25,933 bases of DNA from a virus. Taxonomy: Duplodnaviria; Caudoviricetes. This document shows, piece after piece, positions 1-10,231 of this stretch. Under the pieces are notes generated by a model. That model was given only the letters and a program-made list of their open reading frames with translations. It did no database searches and was not told the DNA's origin. A program made the translations under genes and the position numbers. Location of the stretch: IMG/VR virus record IMGVR_UViG_3300005611_000172, positions 1-25,933 of that record. The stretch is one strand, 5' to 3'. The stretch's first letter is position 1. Each line of letters begins with the position of its first letter.

Positions 1-2
1 AA

Positions 3-2078
3 CGGCCCATCTGTCGATCCATTTCCGGTGTACGACCCGAACTTGCTGAAGCCTTCAACGCTGTGGAAGCAGTAGGCGATGTAGTCGTTGCCGGATGTGT
101 TGATATTCCCATCTGTTCCAATAGAAAATACAGAAGTGGTAGGTGCGGCAGGAACAACGCTGGAGTCATTAGTCTCAGCACTTGTTGAATTTAGTAGCAA
201 CCAATATGTACCACCGCTTAGTGAAGTATGTTGCGTAACCCACTGACCAGTCGCATCTCTGTTTTTAGTAATAACAACATCAGGCGCAGAATCTAGCCCG
301 TGGCCTACCGTAGCCGCAGAACCCGTACCCGTATAACTAACAATACTAAACCCACTCGTAGTATTCGCACTCACCGTAGACGCAATGGTTGGATTTGTAC
401 CGTCAATGCTTCCAACAGCAACACTGCTACCAGAGCCGTTGGCTTTCCAACCCCATACAACTTTTGTAATTGAGTTTTCATTCCAGTTTGGATTCGTTGA
501 TCCATCTTGAGTAACAGTGAAGCCATCGCTGTCAAAGCTAACAAATGAAGGCATTGACCGTTCTGCGGCAGTAGCGTTTGATTGCAGATCGTTAGTACCA
601 CGAATCACATCAACCAATGAATGATTGCGAGCCGCACTTCTGTCCTTGTGCCACAGGAAATCGGCTTGGAAGTTCATGCCAGTGATGGATCTGTTTGTTC
701 CGCCATTACCCGTATACAACACCGTATTAAAGTAATCTTCAGGACTCGCATCATCGGCAGGGCTGATGGTTGGCTCAGGTAGGTTGGCTGTGCTGAGTGC
801 GAGGTAGTCTGTGGGCGGTGTGTAGGTGAAACCGAGTTGGCCGAAGTTGCAATTTGACGCACTCGTTGAATTAAAAGTACCCGCAACCGGAGTAACTGTT
901 TCTCCTGCGAGGTTTGTAAACGCTACGCCTTGAGATACACCGTTCTTATAAAATTCAATCTCACCAACATCTAAGTCATAAGCAACGCCAATCACATCAC
1001 CGTTTGTCCATGTTGCACCGTAAGCACTTGATGAAGCTCCACCGTTACGCTTAGTGCCATCGTCTGATCTGTATCGCCAAACTGTATCTGCAATTCCCGC
1101 CTCTGTTGATGGATCGTATGTTGGTTTCGCTACGCCTACTACACCCGCCGTTCCACCGCCAAAGGTGTACTCAAAATACCATTTACCGCTTGAAACACCG
1201 ACTGTGCCAGTCACGCCATTCCAAGTAGAAGTTTGCGTAAACGACAAGTTTCCGTCAGCTAAAGTAATTGCAGAACCTTTGTTCAGCGGATTCCAAGTAC
1301 AAAAGTTATCAGTCGGACTATCCGACACCACATCACTGGCTGTGAAGTTGTTCGGTGTCCAATCGTTGCCTTCACCTGAGATGTCGTTGCCAATGTCTGC
1401 ACTGTTGGCAAAGTCGAGATGGAAGCCATTCGTGCCGTATGTCACCGATGGAGACTTCGCCACCCACACACCAGACTTTAACTCGCCAAAGGCATCAGCA
1501 TCGTAGGCTGTACCGTCTGTGAAGTGGACTTCGGCCATATAATAGTCAGCGTATTCAGAGCGTGTGAAATACTGACCAATGCGATGCACATCTGTGTTGT
1601 TTAGGTTGACATCATCGTTTTGATTATAGGAAAGACTTGTTCCTAAAATTTGCTCGCCATTCAGATACATTTTGACACGATCATTGGCTGTTGCTTGTGT
1701 TGTATCAATCGCTAAAACAATATGATACCAAGCTGAAACGTCTCTTAGTTTTGGAGTCGCAAATGCATCCGCAACACCATTTCGCTCAATGTACAACTGG
1801 TCAATGTAGATACCGAAACCAATATTTCCTGATCCTGCCCCTTGAGCCGCATAGGTTAATAACCCGTGACGCTCTGCTGTTCCTGTTCCTAGTTCGCATC
1901 GTTTTACCCAACAACTAAATGTCATCGTCTTACGATTACCCGCAGATGCAGGAGTGCGTGATAGGTACGCTGAGTCATTGTCATTGAACCGTAGGGATTG
2001 GTCTATCGAGACAGGATAGAACCCTGCCGCACCGCCTGAGAAATACTGTAACGATCCTGCTCCAAATGGGCCTGACAT
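3..2078 (-). CDS. Tail fibre / receptor-binding protein with LamG (ConA-like) and SPRY domains; 3'-truncated by window edge
   Basis: Absent from the ORF track because no stop lies in the window. ATG at 2078 is preceded by AAGGAG. It reads MSGPFGAGSLQYFSGG...SIDQSLRFNDNDSAYLSRTPASAGNRKTMTFSCWVKR (LamG-like start), then SGKWYFEY...GDVIGVAYDLD...FYKNG...NFGQ (SPRY), then YTGNG repeats. The same frame was spot-checked at 1190 and 59. Confidence 0.85.
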   Translation of the reverse strand, partial: MSGPFGAGSLQYFSGGAAGFYPVSIDQSLRFNDNDSAYLSRTPASAGNRKTMTFSCWVKRCELGTGTAERHGLLTYAAQGAGSGNIGFGIYIDQLYIERNGVADAFATPKLRDVSAWYHIVLAIDTTQATANDRVKMYLNGEQILGTSLSYNQNDDVNLNNTDVHRIGQYFTRSEYADYYMAEVHFTDGTAYDADAFGELKSGVWVAKSPSVTYGTNGFHLDFANSADIGNDISGEGNDWTPNNFTASDVVSDSPTDNFCTWNPLNKGSAITLADGNLSFTQTSTWNGVTGTVGVSSGKWYFEYTFGGGTAGVVGVAKPTYDPSTEAGIADTVWRYRSDDGTKRNGGASSSAYGATWTNGDVIGVAYDLDVGEIEFYKNGVSQGVAFTNLAGETVTPVAGTFNSTSASNCNFGQLGFTYTPPTDYLALSTANLPEPTISPADDASPEDYFNTVLYTGNGGTNRSITGMNFQADFLWHKDRSAARNHSLVDVIRGTNDLQSNATAAERSMPSFVSFDSDGFTVTQDGSTNPNWNENSITKVVWGWKANGSGSSVAVGSIDGTNPTIASTVSANTTSGFSIVSYTGTGSAATVGHGLDSAPDVVITKNRDATGQWVTQHTSLSGGTYWLLLNSTSAETNDSSVVPAAPTTSVFSIGTDGNINTSGNDYIAYCFHSVEGFSKFGSYTGNGSTDGP

Positions 2079-2087
2079 AGATTCTCC

Positions 2088-2894
2088 TTACGCGAACGCT
2101 AACTGGGGTGTGCCAAGAAGAATCCGACCTGATGCCGCCACAATATATGGGACAACATCAGTCGCACTTGCCGCAGTCGATAGCGTTAATCCTGCACCAC
2201 CCGCAGTCTCATAGTCAGTTCCTAGACTTACTGTGCGTCCGCCAGTCGCATCCTGAATGAACACGATGAAGCCAGACTGACCTACTTGCTCTGTCGTAGG
2301 GTTTGCCAGAGTGACATTGCCTGTCAGCGTCAGGACAAAGTTCTGGTTAGCCTCGAAATCCAGAGTGACCGATCCAGTGTTTGTAGTATCTGTATCCGTT
2401 GTAGCTAAGGCCGTTCCAGAAACTTCCACACCTGTCGTGGTGACTTCTAATCGTGTTGTCCCGCCTTGCTGTAACTTCAGCGAGCCTGTCCCTGCATCAT
2501 TGATGATTGTGTCTGAGCCATCATGGAATAGTTCGCCATCCGAACCCGTACCAAGCAACACCTTGTCATTGTCAGCCATGATGATGTCATTGCCGTTCGA
2601 TGCCAGATCACCGCCTAGTTGCGGAGTGGTATCGTCCACAAGATCAGTACCTTCAACCGATACTGTGTCTGTCGCTTGGTCAAAGTTGAACAGGTTGATC
2701 CATGCGTCATTATCTGAGTTACGGACTTTGAGAATGTCAGTTGTTTCGTCATACCAAAGTTGATAGGCAACAATCGTTGATGGCTCTGTTGCTCCCGCGC
2801 TCTGACTGACCAGTGCCGATAAAGACGCATTCAAGTCTGCGCGAAAGGCCGGAAAGCCTTGGTTTTCAATCGTTATAGGTGAATTTTGGCTCAT
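2088..2894 (-). CDS. Tail fibre / tail-associated protein
   Basis: 268 aa, G/T/D-rich. It has an N-terminal FPAFRADLN...QLWYD anchor, a DTTPQLGGDL motif and a C-terminal TLTGNVTLANPT...IQDATGGRT module typical of phage fibres, and follows the tail-tip gene. Confidence 0.8.
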   Translation of the reverse strand: MSQNSPITIENQGFPAFRADLNASLSALVSQSAGATEPSTIVAYQLWYDETTDILKVRNSDNDAWINLFNFDQATDTVSVEGTDLVDDTTPQLGGDLASNGNDIIMADNDKVLLGTGSDGELFHDGSDTIINDAGTGSLKLQQGGTTRLEVTTTGVEVSGTALATTDTDTTNTGSVTLDFEANQNFVLTLTGNVTLANPTTEQVGQSGFIVFIQDATGGRTVSLGTDYETAGGAGLTLSTAASATDVVPYIVAASGRILLGTPQLAFA

Positions 2895-5689
2895 GCCGCT
2901 ACCTCTCCGTATCCTTTGGCAACGTAGTCGAACGTGCGATCTACTGCCGTGTCACTACTATTATAAAACGTAATTGTAAAGCCTGTCGCGCTCTTACTGG
3001 TCACATTATAATAATCGCCTGACTGTAAGTTCTGAGCCGCAATACCAACCCCCTGAAGTGCTTTGAATGCAGGGCTAAATGTGATGACTTTCGCCCCCGC
3101 ACCTGATGCAATATCTGCTTCTGCAACAGATCGATCCGGCATATCTACTGTAACACTTAACTGAGACACAACCGGAGTCGCTTCACCGTCACCACTGGTC
3201 AATATCGCCCTGAATCGTAAGGCTCTGGCTTTGTAATCACCAACAATAAATCGACGATAATTCGACCAAGTAGGCGACCCCGCAGGATCATCATCTGTCG
3301 TAGATACCTGAACCTCAACATCCGTATCATCGAATGCCTGAACATCGCCATCGAATGTACCTGTACGCGCATCAAACAGCCCCACAGCGTCATCAAACAG
3401 ATTCACATAGTCTCGCCTCGTTACCGACACAGAAGCCGTGACATGAGATGTATAGACAGCCGTCAAATCAATATAATTGTCAAATTCATAAGTCCCAGAC
3501 GTTGAAACTGTCCCGCCACCGCCATCAAATGATCCGTTTGCATCATCAAAGTTCCCAGTGACATCATCAAAATCAATCGACGTATCAAGTATCAACTCGT
3601 TATCAACCGCGACGACTTCCGTTTTATTGCCTGTAAATGCCGGATGCTGAGTCGATGTCTCGACCTGATTGAATCCCTTAATCTCCTCAATGATCGCAAC
3701 AGATGCAGTTGGATTCGTTGATGCCAAATCCAATTTATCCACAGCCTTAATGAAATACGTTCCTGTCAGCGCAGGGACGACTACATTGTTCGCAGGACGG
3801 GATAGCTTGTCGTAGATTGTGCGGGAGTTTGCATATTCTGCCCCCGTTGTCAGTGGTGAATGCCGGATGATGTAGTGAGATAAGTCGGCATCGGTTACCG
3901 GAGTCCACGATAAATGCGCCTCAGTTCCAATGATATTGACTGAAAAGTTAGTCACATCTTGGGGAGGCGCAGTCTTACCAACAACCTGATGATCTAATGT
4001 CGTAAAGGCGGAGCGAACTCCCAGAGTATTAATAACTCTTGCTCTGACGGTATAAATTTCTCCGTCTGCAATATTCACCTGCTCAAATATACCACCACCT
4101 GTTTGACCCATTGTGACGAACTCTGTTTCGCCTTGACGACGAGATTGAACCTCAAATCGCTCTGCAAACTGATCGGCTGTTGACACATTGGCTATCAGAA
4201 AAGAGATGGCTTCTTGGTTAAGTGCGCGAACCTCATCCGTCACCGATAGTACAGGAGCCTCGACTGTCAAAGGATCGGGCAGGTTGGATGCAAATGTTTC
4301 CGGCTCTTCCAGATCACTTACCCAAGGATAGATCGTCGCGTTGTGTTCTGCGAGTGCCACATTGACCGTTGCATCAAAATTAATGCTCAGAGAAATGACT
4401 CGAAATTCTTTGCTACTAAAAGAAGGCGTAGGATGAGTCACAGTAACAATATCACCGACAGAGCATTTCAACGCATCTGGCGTTGCGGTAAATGATAATT
4501 TGATACCTGCTTTTCTCGATCCTAAACATAGCGTTTTTGCGATATTCCGAGCTTGATAGAAACTTGTACAGGTCAGAAGATCAATTTCTTTTTCCAGTGG
4601 CTTATTGTTGTCCTCTGTCAAAAACGTCGAATAGTCTGACGAATCCGCCGGAGGCCAGATGACCTGATCTGGTTGATAGTTCATATCTGGATTGACGAAC
4701 TTGGCAGTGACCTTGTTGTACTTCTGTGTTTTATCGACTCCAGATATTTTGAACCCAGAGATAATATTGTCCGTGTCGAAATCGAATGTACTATCGTAAT
4801 CATCCTCAACGATTAGCCGATATGTGCCATTCTGGTATGGCATCATTCCCTGCATTCCTGAGAGAAATACTTTGACGTTATTGAATAAAGTTTGATTCGT
4901 GTTAATTACTGCATTACACGAGAACCGTTTGACTGTCTCTCCTGATCCATCGTAATTAGTCACATCTTCGTCGCAGGCAGTTGCGGCTAACCCAAATGAG
5001 GTATCGTCAATCAGCGAACTATCTAAGCCCTTTCCGTATCGGGTATTGGTCAAATAATCTCTGAGACACAAAGCAGGGTTGCTATCAAAAGCCGTTGTGT
5101 TATCTCGCGGGTCAAATACTTTACGACCTTGAACGACTGCCTGAATTGTAGGGATTGAGCTAAATACATCCTGATTGAACTCTAACCGAATACCAAGATA
5201 AGCGATCCCTGACAGCGTATCGTTACTATTCCAACTTGGTGCGGCTGTCAGTGTTGATGAGGCTGTCTGATTGTCTGCGCCAGTTTTCTTATCGATGGTG
5301 ACATAGGGTGCGTATTCCGACCCCGTGAGCAACTCATCGTTAATGTAAATATCTCCAATTGAATTGACCTCTCCTTCACAGAGAATCAAAGCCATATAGA
5401 GAAATTTGTTATCTGCGCCAGAAGTTTCTACAAATACTCGCGTCCCCCCGACTCGTCTCGTCCCGTAAATCACAGGGATTGGTGCTATATTTGAGTTTTT
5501 GTTGACAAGAACCGATTGAGCGTCCTGATCTAAATCTGGTACTTCTGGAATATCGACAAACCATGAGATTACATCACCGACAAGATCAACGGCTAAATCG
5601 ACTACATCTTCGACTACATCAATAACATCGTTAACAGTATCTTTAACGGTATTGATTGGGTTTCTAATGAAATCGCTAAACCAACCCAT
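2891..5689 (-). CDS. Tail tip / host-specificity (central fibre, J-like) protein
   Basis: 932 aa with IPVIYG..RVGG, LCEGEV, SNPALCLRDYLTNTRYGKGL and F.CNAVI motifs plus FN3-like PPQDVTNFSV...LSWT segments. Position fits a tail tip. Confidence 0.9.
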   Translation of the reverse strand: MGWFSDFIRNPINTVKDTVNDVIDVVEDVVDLAVDLVGDVISWFVDIPEVPDLDQDAQSVLVNKNSNIAPIPVIYGTRRVGGTRVFVETSGADNKFLYMALILCEGEVNSIGDIYINDELLTGSEYAPYVTIDKKTGADNQTASSTLTAAPSWNSNDTLSGIAYLGIRLEFNQDVFSSIPTIQAVVQGRKVFDPRDNTTAFDSNPALCLRDYLTNTRYGKGLDSSLIDDTSFGLAATACDEDVTNYDGSGETVKRFSCNAVINTNQTLFNNVKVFLSGMQGMMPYQNGTYRLIVEDDYDSTFDFDTDNIISGFKISGVDKTQKYNKVTAKFVNPDMNYQPDQVIWPPADSSDYSTFLTEDNNKPLEKEIDLLTCTSFYQARNIAKTLCLGSRKAGIKLSFTATPDALKCSVGDIVTVTHPTPSFSSKEFRVISLSINFDATVNVALAEHNATIYPWVSDLEEPETFASNLPDPLTVEAPVLSVTDEVRALNQEAISFLIANVSTADQFAERFEVQSRRQGETEFVTMGQTGGGIFEQVNIADGEIYTVRARVINTLGVRSAFTTLDHQVVGKTAPPQDVTNFSVNIIGTEAHLSWTPVTDADLSHYIIRHSPLTTGAEYANSRTIYDKLSRPANNVVVPALTGTYFIKAVDKLDLASTNPTASVAIIEEIKGFNQVETSTQHPAFTGNKTEVVAVDNELILDTSIDFDDVTGNFDDANGSFDGGGGTVSTSGTYEFDNYIDLTAVYTSHVTASVSVTRRDYVNLFDDAVGLFDARTGTFDGDVQAFDDTDVEVQVSTTDDDPAGSPTWSNYRRFIVGDYKARALRFRAILTSGDGEATPVVSQLSVTVDMPDRSVAEADIASGAGAKVITFSPAFKALQGVGIAAQNLQSGDYYNVTSKSATGFTITFYNSSDTAVDRTFDYVAKGYGEVAA

Positions 5690-6243
5690 TATGCTTTACC
5701 CCACTGGATGTCTTTGATGGATTCTGCCGCGAATCGCATACCTGTATCGTTAGGGAAATAATATTGCTGAGAGTTCTGGTTTGTCCGCCTTCCGTTGAGT
5801 CTTTCAAAATCAGCCCAATGGGATGCGACCTTCATATTGATGACACTGCTGTTCTTTGAGTCCTGCAATGAATAACCAACAATCTCACCGTCAAACGTCT
5901 TAATAGGATCACCTTGAATCGCTCCATCTGCGTCAAGTATTGCTAAAAACACTCTGGCTCGACGGTTGACATATTCTTGATTCAGGAATATTGACAAATA
6001 CGACTGATCCACACCCGATATATTGATGGTCATGCTACCAACTCGCAGATCTTGCGTTTCCTGTGTCGTATCAAGTGACAAAAAATGCCCTGCGGCAAGA
6101 TAGGTATCCCCATCATAAGTGATTGGAAATGGAGCGTTTGTCAGGAACAGCGTAGTCGAAAAATCAAATCTGACCAAGTGCGCCAATCGAACTTGATCGG
6201 ATTGCAATGCTGTCAGCGTTGTCGCGTTGACTGTGCGAGTCAT
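5689..6243 (-). CDS. Tail assembly / baseplate hub-like minor tail protein
   Basis: 184 aa lying between distal tail and tail tip, with GRRTNQNSQQYYFPNDTG and C-terminal IQWG motifs typical of siphovirus hub proteins. Confidence 0.75.
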   Translation of the reverse strand: MTRTVNATTLTALQSDQVRLAHLVRFDFSTTLFLTNAPFPITYDGDTYLAAGHFLSLDTTQETQDLRVGSMTINISGVDQSYLSIFLNQEYVNRRARVFLAILDADGAIQGDPIKTFDGEIVGYSLQDSKNSSVINMKVASHWADFERLNGRRTNQNSQQYYFPNDTGMRFAAESIKDIQWGKA

Positions 6244-6821
6244 TACAGAACCTCAATCATATCGACTTCATATTCATAATACTCATTGGCGGATAGATCG
6301 TATTGCTGAATATCGTTATCTAGCCGCATGGTAAATGGAACGTCATTGTAAGTGACTGCCTCATCATCTCCGACCGCAGAGACTAACTGCGGCTCAATTG
6401 ATAAAGTGCCTGCCCCATCTTGGTCTGCTGTTACCATGTACACCTTGGTATGACCCGCAAACTTGATGAAATCACCTGCCTTAATTGTTCCGGTAAATCC
6501 ATCGACTGCGACAGAGCTTGATCCTGCGTTTGCCGCACCATTAGCTAACATCGTTCCTGTTGCTGTGCCTGTCGTCGAACTAATGACGGGAGGAATGATC
6601 GAAAATGTGCCGAGCCGTCCTTGCTGACTCATAACAAATGCGTATACAGGGTTAAAGTCAGAGCGCACCATCGGATTGTATTTTGCAGAGAATGACCACC
6701 TTTGACCACCAATCGATCTAACCTGCATTTTGCCAGATACCGTTTCTGACATAAGGTTGCTATGACGCGAGTTGACGTTGATTGCCTGAAACTCAGGTGT
6801 TGATGGATATGTACCCGCCAT
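6243..6821 (-). CDS. Distal tail protein (Dit-like)
   Basis: 192 aa directly after the tape measure. SGKMQVRSIGGQRW and AFVMSQQGR motifs, with a central KAGDFIKF beta insertion. Confidence 0.75.
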   Translation of the reverse strand: MAGTYPSTPEFQAINVNSRHSNLMSETVSGKMQVRSIGGQRWSFSAKYNPMVRSDFNPVYAFVMSQQGRLGTFSIIPPVISSTTGTATGTMLANGAANAGSSSVAVDGFTGTIKAGDFIKFAGHTKVYMVTADQDGAGTLSIEPQLVSAVGDDEAVTYNDVPFTMRLDNDIQQYDLSANEYYEYEVDMIEVL

Positions 6822-8614
6822 TATACGACACCCCTTCTGCCTTGGTCATTCATTGCGGAATTGACCATATTCACAATTTGTCCTCGTCTTGATTGCAGGA
6901 GCGAGTCAAAACCGCGAGCATCGACTGTTGAAATCTGGAAAGTCACATTTGCCACGCGATTGACTGTCTGGGCTTGACCGCCCATTCCCTCATTCGGTGT
7001 GATGCGACCCCCAGAACCCATTGTCAATACTTCTGGCCCACGCTCACCAACTACATAAGATTCGCCCGATCTGACCTGCCCACCCAAGGCTCGACCCTGA
7101 TACTGCTGAGATCTGATCTGCTGTACTTGTGCGAGTCCATTTGCAACCGTAGCCGCCGCGACGATAAAGTTCAAAGGAGGCGGAAGTTCCGCAAGAGCTT
7201 TTGTCGCGCCTGTATAGGTATTCATGATTGCCTGACCAATGTTGTAGGCTTTGGCTAATTTGAATGCTGTTTTATTCGACTGACCCAAGGCATTCAATGC
7301 ATCTCCGGCAGATTTAATGGCAAACTCGTTGCGTTCGCGTTCGAGATTCTTGCTTGCTTCTGCAAACTGACGCTCAGAGATTAACTGTTTTGCCCTAAAC
7401 TCGTTTAACTTCTGTTCTCGTCTAACGAAAGAGTCAATCTCATCGCCTTCAACATCAAGAAGACCCATGCGCTGAAGCTCTTTCTGCGCGGCTTGCGCCT
7501 CTTTCATTTTTTCTGTGCGCTGTTCTTCTTTCTCGATCTGGTCAATTAATACAGCGACTCTTTCTTGCTCTGCCGCTGTTAGGGCTAACGTAGCAGACTC
7601 AAGCAATAATGTTTCGGAACGACTGAGATTTGTTGCGCTTGCTTGTTGCTCTAACTTTTTAAGAAATGCATCAGTTGCTTTATCTGACTTCTCAACCTCT
7701 TGTTGTTTTTCTCTCATCTCAACAAGACTTTGCACAACTTTCATTTGAGCTTCGTCTAACCCAAGGAGTGTTGCTTCTCGCAAGGTCAATTGCGCGGCAG
7801 ATAATCCTATTGCACCGATTTCCAGTTGCAACGAGTTGATGAATTCTGCTTGCGTCTGAAGTGCTTTGAGTTGTGCTTCAGATACTCCTCTAGTAGCCAA
7901 CTCAAAATTCTTCTGTCTCTGTGTGGCAATAATTACAGCCGCAGTGAGATTTGGCACTTTTTCTGCCGCAGAATCTACTGCCGACTGAAAGCCCAACATT
8001 TGACGGGTGATGTTTTCAGTAGATACGCCATTCCTTTCGAGTACAGCCCTTTCTTCTTCAAGGCGTTTTTTCGCCTTATTTAAAGCCCTCTCGTTATCAT
8101 TGAATGCCTCTGTCGCTTCGTCTGTCGCCTCTTTAAGACGAGACATTTCTGCCGCTATGATTTCCGCAGGCAAGTCAGTGATCTCTAGCCCAACATCTTC
8201 AATTTCCGACTGAAGGTCACTGAATGATTTTGATGCTAGTAATAGACTTGGCAATAAAGTGCCGACAAGTGAGGCACTGATACCAAGAATCGCACCTACT
8301 AACGGCAAGCCAAGAACGATACCCAAGTCAGCCGCTTGCTGAGACAGCGCAATGAATGGATCAGTTCCCGCTTGAACCTGCCCGACGAGTTGCTGAACCT
8401 GAATACCTGCTTGACCCGCAGATCGACCCATGCCGCCAAATGCAGTACCCGCCTGACCCGCAGAGCCTCGAATACCTTTCATCGACTTCTCGAACGATTT
8501 GAGAGTCTTGTCGGTAATCTTGCCCTGTTGGTTCAGTTTCTTGAGTTGATTGAAAGCCTGACCAATTTCCTTGGTATCGGCTTTAAATACTAGCGTTGCG
8601 TATTCGGTTGCCAT
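6821..8614 (-). CDS. Tail tape measure protein
   Basis: 597 aa, helical and A/Q/E-rich with a hydrophobic segment. Lambda-like QVQAGTDPFIALSQQ region and C-terminal RALGGQV...YVVGERGPE motif. Confidence 0.9.
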   Translation of the reverse strand: MATEYATLVFKADTKEIGQAFNQLKKLNQQGKITDKTLKSFEKSMKGIRGSAGQAGTAFGGMGRSAGQAGIQVQQLVGQVQAGTDPFIALSQQAADLGIVLGLPLVGAILGISASLVGTLLPSLLLASKSFSDLQSEIEDVGLEITDLPAEIIAAEMSRLKEATDEATEAFNDNERALNKAKKRLEEERAVLERNGVSTENITRQMLGFQSAVDSAAEKVPNLTAAVIIATQRQKNFELATRGVSEAQLKALQTQAEFINSLQLEIGAIGLSAAQLTLREATLLGLDEAQMKVVQSLVEMREKQQEVEKSDKATDAFLKKLEQQASATNLSRSETLLLESATLALTAAEQERVAVLIDQIEKEEQRTEKMKEAQAAQKELQRMGLLDVEGDEIDSFVRREQKLNEFRAKQLISERQFAEASKNLERERNEFAIKSAGDALNALGQSNKTAFKLAKAYNIGQAIMNTYTGATKALAELPPPLNFIVAAATVANGLAQVQQIRSQQYQGRALGGQVRSGESYVVGERGPEVLTMGSGGRITPNEGMGGQAQTVNRVANVTFQISTVDARGFDSLLQSRRGQIVNMVNSAMNDQGRRGVV

Positions 8615-8931
8615 GTCGGTTCTTGATCCCTGTACTTAGCAAGTTGCATCACGGCTTGGATTTCCCATTGCTCAAGTTGATGCCCTGTAACTCGCATATA
8701 TGACTCTAACTCTGACCAAGTATACTCTTTTAGTGCTGTATACGCTTCCCATAGATCGTTGTGCTGAGATGACAACTCAGGAGCATTTGCCAATTCAGGC
8801 GGGGTTCTGCCTGTACTCTTTTCAACCTGCTTGAGCGTATCGTACCGACTGACCTTTGAGCCTTCGGGATAGGCGTTAATGAAAAAACACCATCTCCCGA
8901 ATTGTACAAACTCATCGATCAGCCCTTGATA
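8590..8931 (-). CDS. Tail assembly chaperone GT extension (-1 frameshift product)
   Basis: The -1 frame is open from the slippery site (8931-8937) to TAG at 8590 and includes the track ORF 8590..8793: FYQGLIDEFVQFGRW...GRTPPELANAPEL...WSELESYMRVTG...WEIQAVMQL. Confidence 0.8.
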   Translation of the reverse strand, partial: YQGLIDEFVQFGRWCFFINAYPEGSKVSRYDTLKQVEKSTGRTPPELANAPELSSQHNDLWEAYTALKEYTWSELESYMRVTGHQLEQWEIQAVMQLAKYRDQEPTWQPNTQR

Positions 8932-9305
8932 AAATTTGCCCGTTCAGTCAGGAAGTTGAGTAACTGGTTCACAACAGCAGGGGACTCGTTATACAACGCT
9001 AAAGCGTTATCACGAGTAAACTTGTAAGGCTTACCATCCTTGGTAATTCCTCTCCATGATACTGTCGCGTCTGCTAATGCCTCTGCATCCATCCCATCAT
9101 AATCAAGATCTTCATATTTACCGCCACTGCGTAAATGCTCGTTAATCATGCTTGTCTGCTTTTTCTTTGCAGTACGCCATGTTTTCGAGTCAGATCCTTT
9201 GATCGTGACAAAGAAGTCTGTGGGCTTGCCATCGACAGGGGACAGAATATTGACTTCTGCCCCTGACTCATGGCTCTCACCCGTCATCAGATTAGAGAGT
9301 TCCAT
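8919..9305 (-). CDS. Tail assembly chaperone (gpG-like)
   Basis: 128 aa between tail tube and tape measure, ending RANFIKG with an A AAT TTT slippery heptamer. Confidence 0.85.
   Translation of the reverse strand: MELSNLMTGESHESGAEVNILSPVDGKPTDFFVTIKGSDSKTWRTAKKKQTSMINEHLRSGGKYEDLDYDGMDAEALADATVSWRGITKDGKPYKFTRDNALALYNESPAVVNQLLNFLTERANFIKG
8931..8937 (-). other. Programmed -1 ribosomal frameshift site A-AAT-TTT
   Basis: Canonical X XXY YYZ heptamer in the correct phase, three codons before the chaperone stop; the -1 frame is open for 113 further codons. Confidence 0.8.
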
Positions 9306-9307
9306 AC

Positions 9308-10228
9308 TTACGCCTCAGAACGAGTGATTACCAAATTTGATAAGTCTGAACCTGCGTTGTATAGAGCGATAAAGTCCATCGCTACCGTTACAGCACCTTC
9401 TCCAGACACATCCGGTTGACCTGAGTTGTACTTCACACGAGGGAAGTCGAACTCGTAATCGTTGCCGTCAACGTCAGTCAGCGTCAAAACGATCTCTGAT
9501 TCCGTCTCATTGATGAACTTCTCGTACAGAGCTTTGCTGTCAAAATAAGTTGTCAATGATCCAGTGATACGAGATTTACCGATTGATGGTTGATTTGTCG
9601 TCTGAGAACCGACAGAGAACAAAGGCTCTAAGCCATTCTCGACCGTAAACTCAATTGCAGTGACCGTTGCAATCGTAGACCCGCCTTCCGTAATTGATCC
9701 GGTAAACGAATCGAAAGGAACTTCTGTGCCTGCTGTTGCGTCACTAGAACCTGCAAACTGGCTTGTCGAGATTGATAAATCCTTACCGACAACCCCGAAT
9801 GTGATTGTTGCCATCTGATTCGGCGCAACAGATACAGCCATTGAGTTGATCTCACAGCCTGTATGGTTGTGGAACTCTGCCGTTGCTAAATCCCCAAATC
9901 GACGCTGAATCGTAAATGAACGACGAGTTGATCCAGACTTTAGAACGTCTGTTGTCCAACTACCGCCCATTGCGGCTTCAATCCAATCATCAAGTTCACC
10001 GTATTCAAGCTCACTTGTGACATCTCCACCGATCTGGCGGTTGCCATGCCGAAAGTCCTCGACTTGACGATCTCCGCGCAATTTTTCGGATTCGATGCCG
10101 TCTTTGGACATATTGAGTGAAACTGCCGTATGAGGCAGTGGGATAAGAGTCGGAGTTGATGGCGTAGTGCCATACGTTGACTCCGCAATATAGAACAGCG
10201 AATGCTGTGCGCCATTTGCGATTGCCAT
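9308..10228 (-). CDS. Major tail tube protein
   Basis: 306 aa. AESTYGTTP, SEKLRGDRQ, RSFTIQR and ITGSLTTYF motifs of siphovirus tube proteins; synteny supports the call. Confidence 0.88.
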   Translation of the reverse strand: MAIANGAQHSLFYIAESTYGTTPSTPTLIPLPHTAVSLNMSKDGIESEKLRGDRQVEDFRHGNRQIGGDVTSELEYGELDDWIEAAMGGSWTTDVLKSGSTRRSFTIQRRFGDLATAEFHNHTGCEINSMAVSVAPNQMATITFGVVGKDLSISTSQFAGSSDATAGTEVPFDSFTGSITEGGSTIATVTAIEFTVENGLEPLFSVGSQTTNQPSIGKSRITGSLTTYFDSKALYEKFINETESEIVLTLTDVDGNDYEFDFPRVKYNSGQPDVSGEGAVTVAMDFIALYNAGSDLSNLVITRSEA

Positions 10229-10231
10229 AAT

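Noticed and set aside
8730-8915. 61-aa track ORF after the tail chaperone
   Set aside because: The overlapping -1 frame gives the chaperone-like GT sequence via a canonical slippery site; this ORF has no clear RBS.
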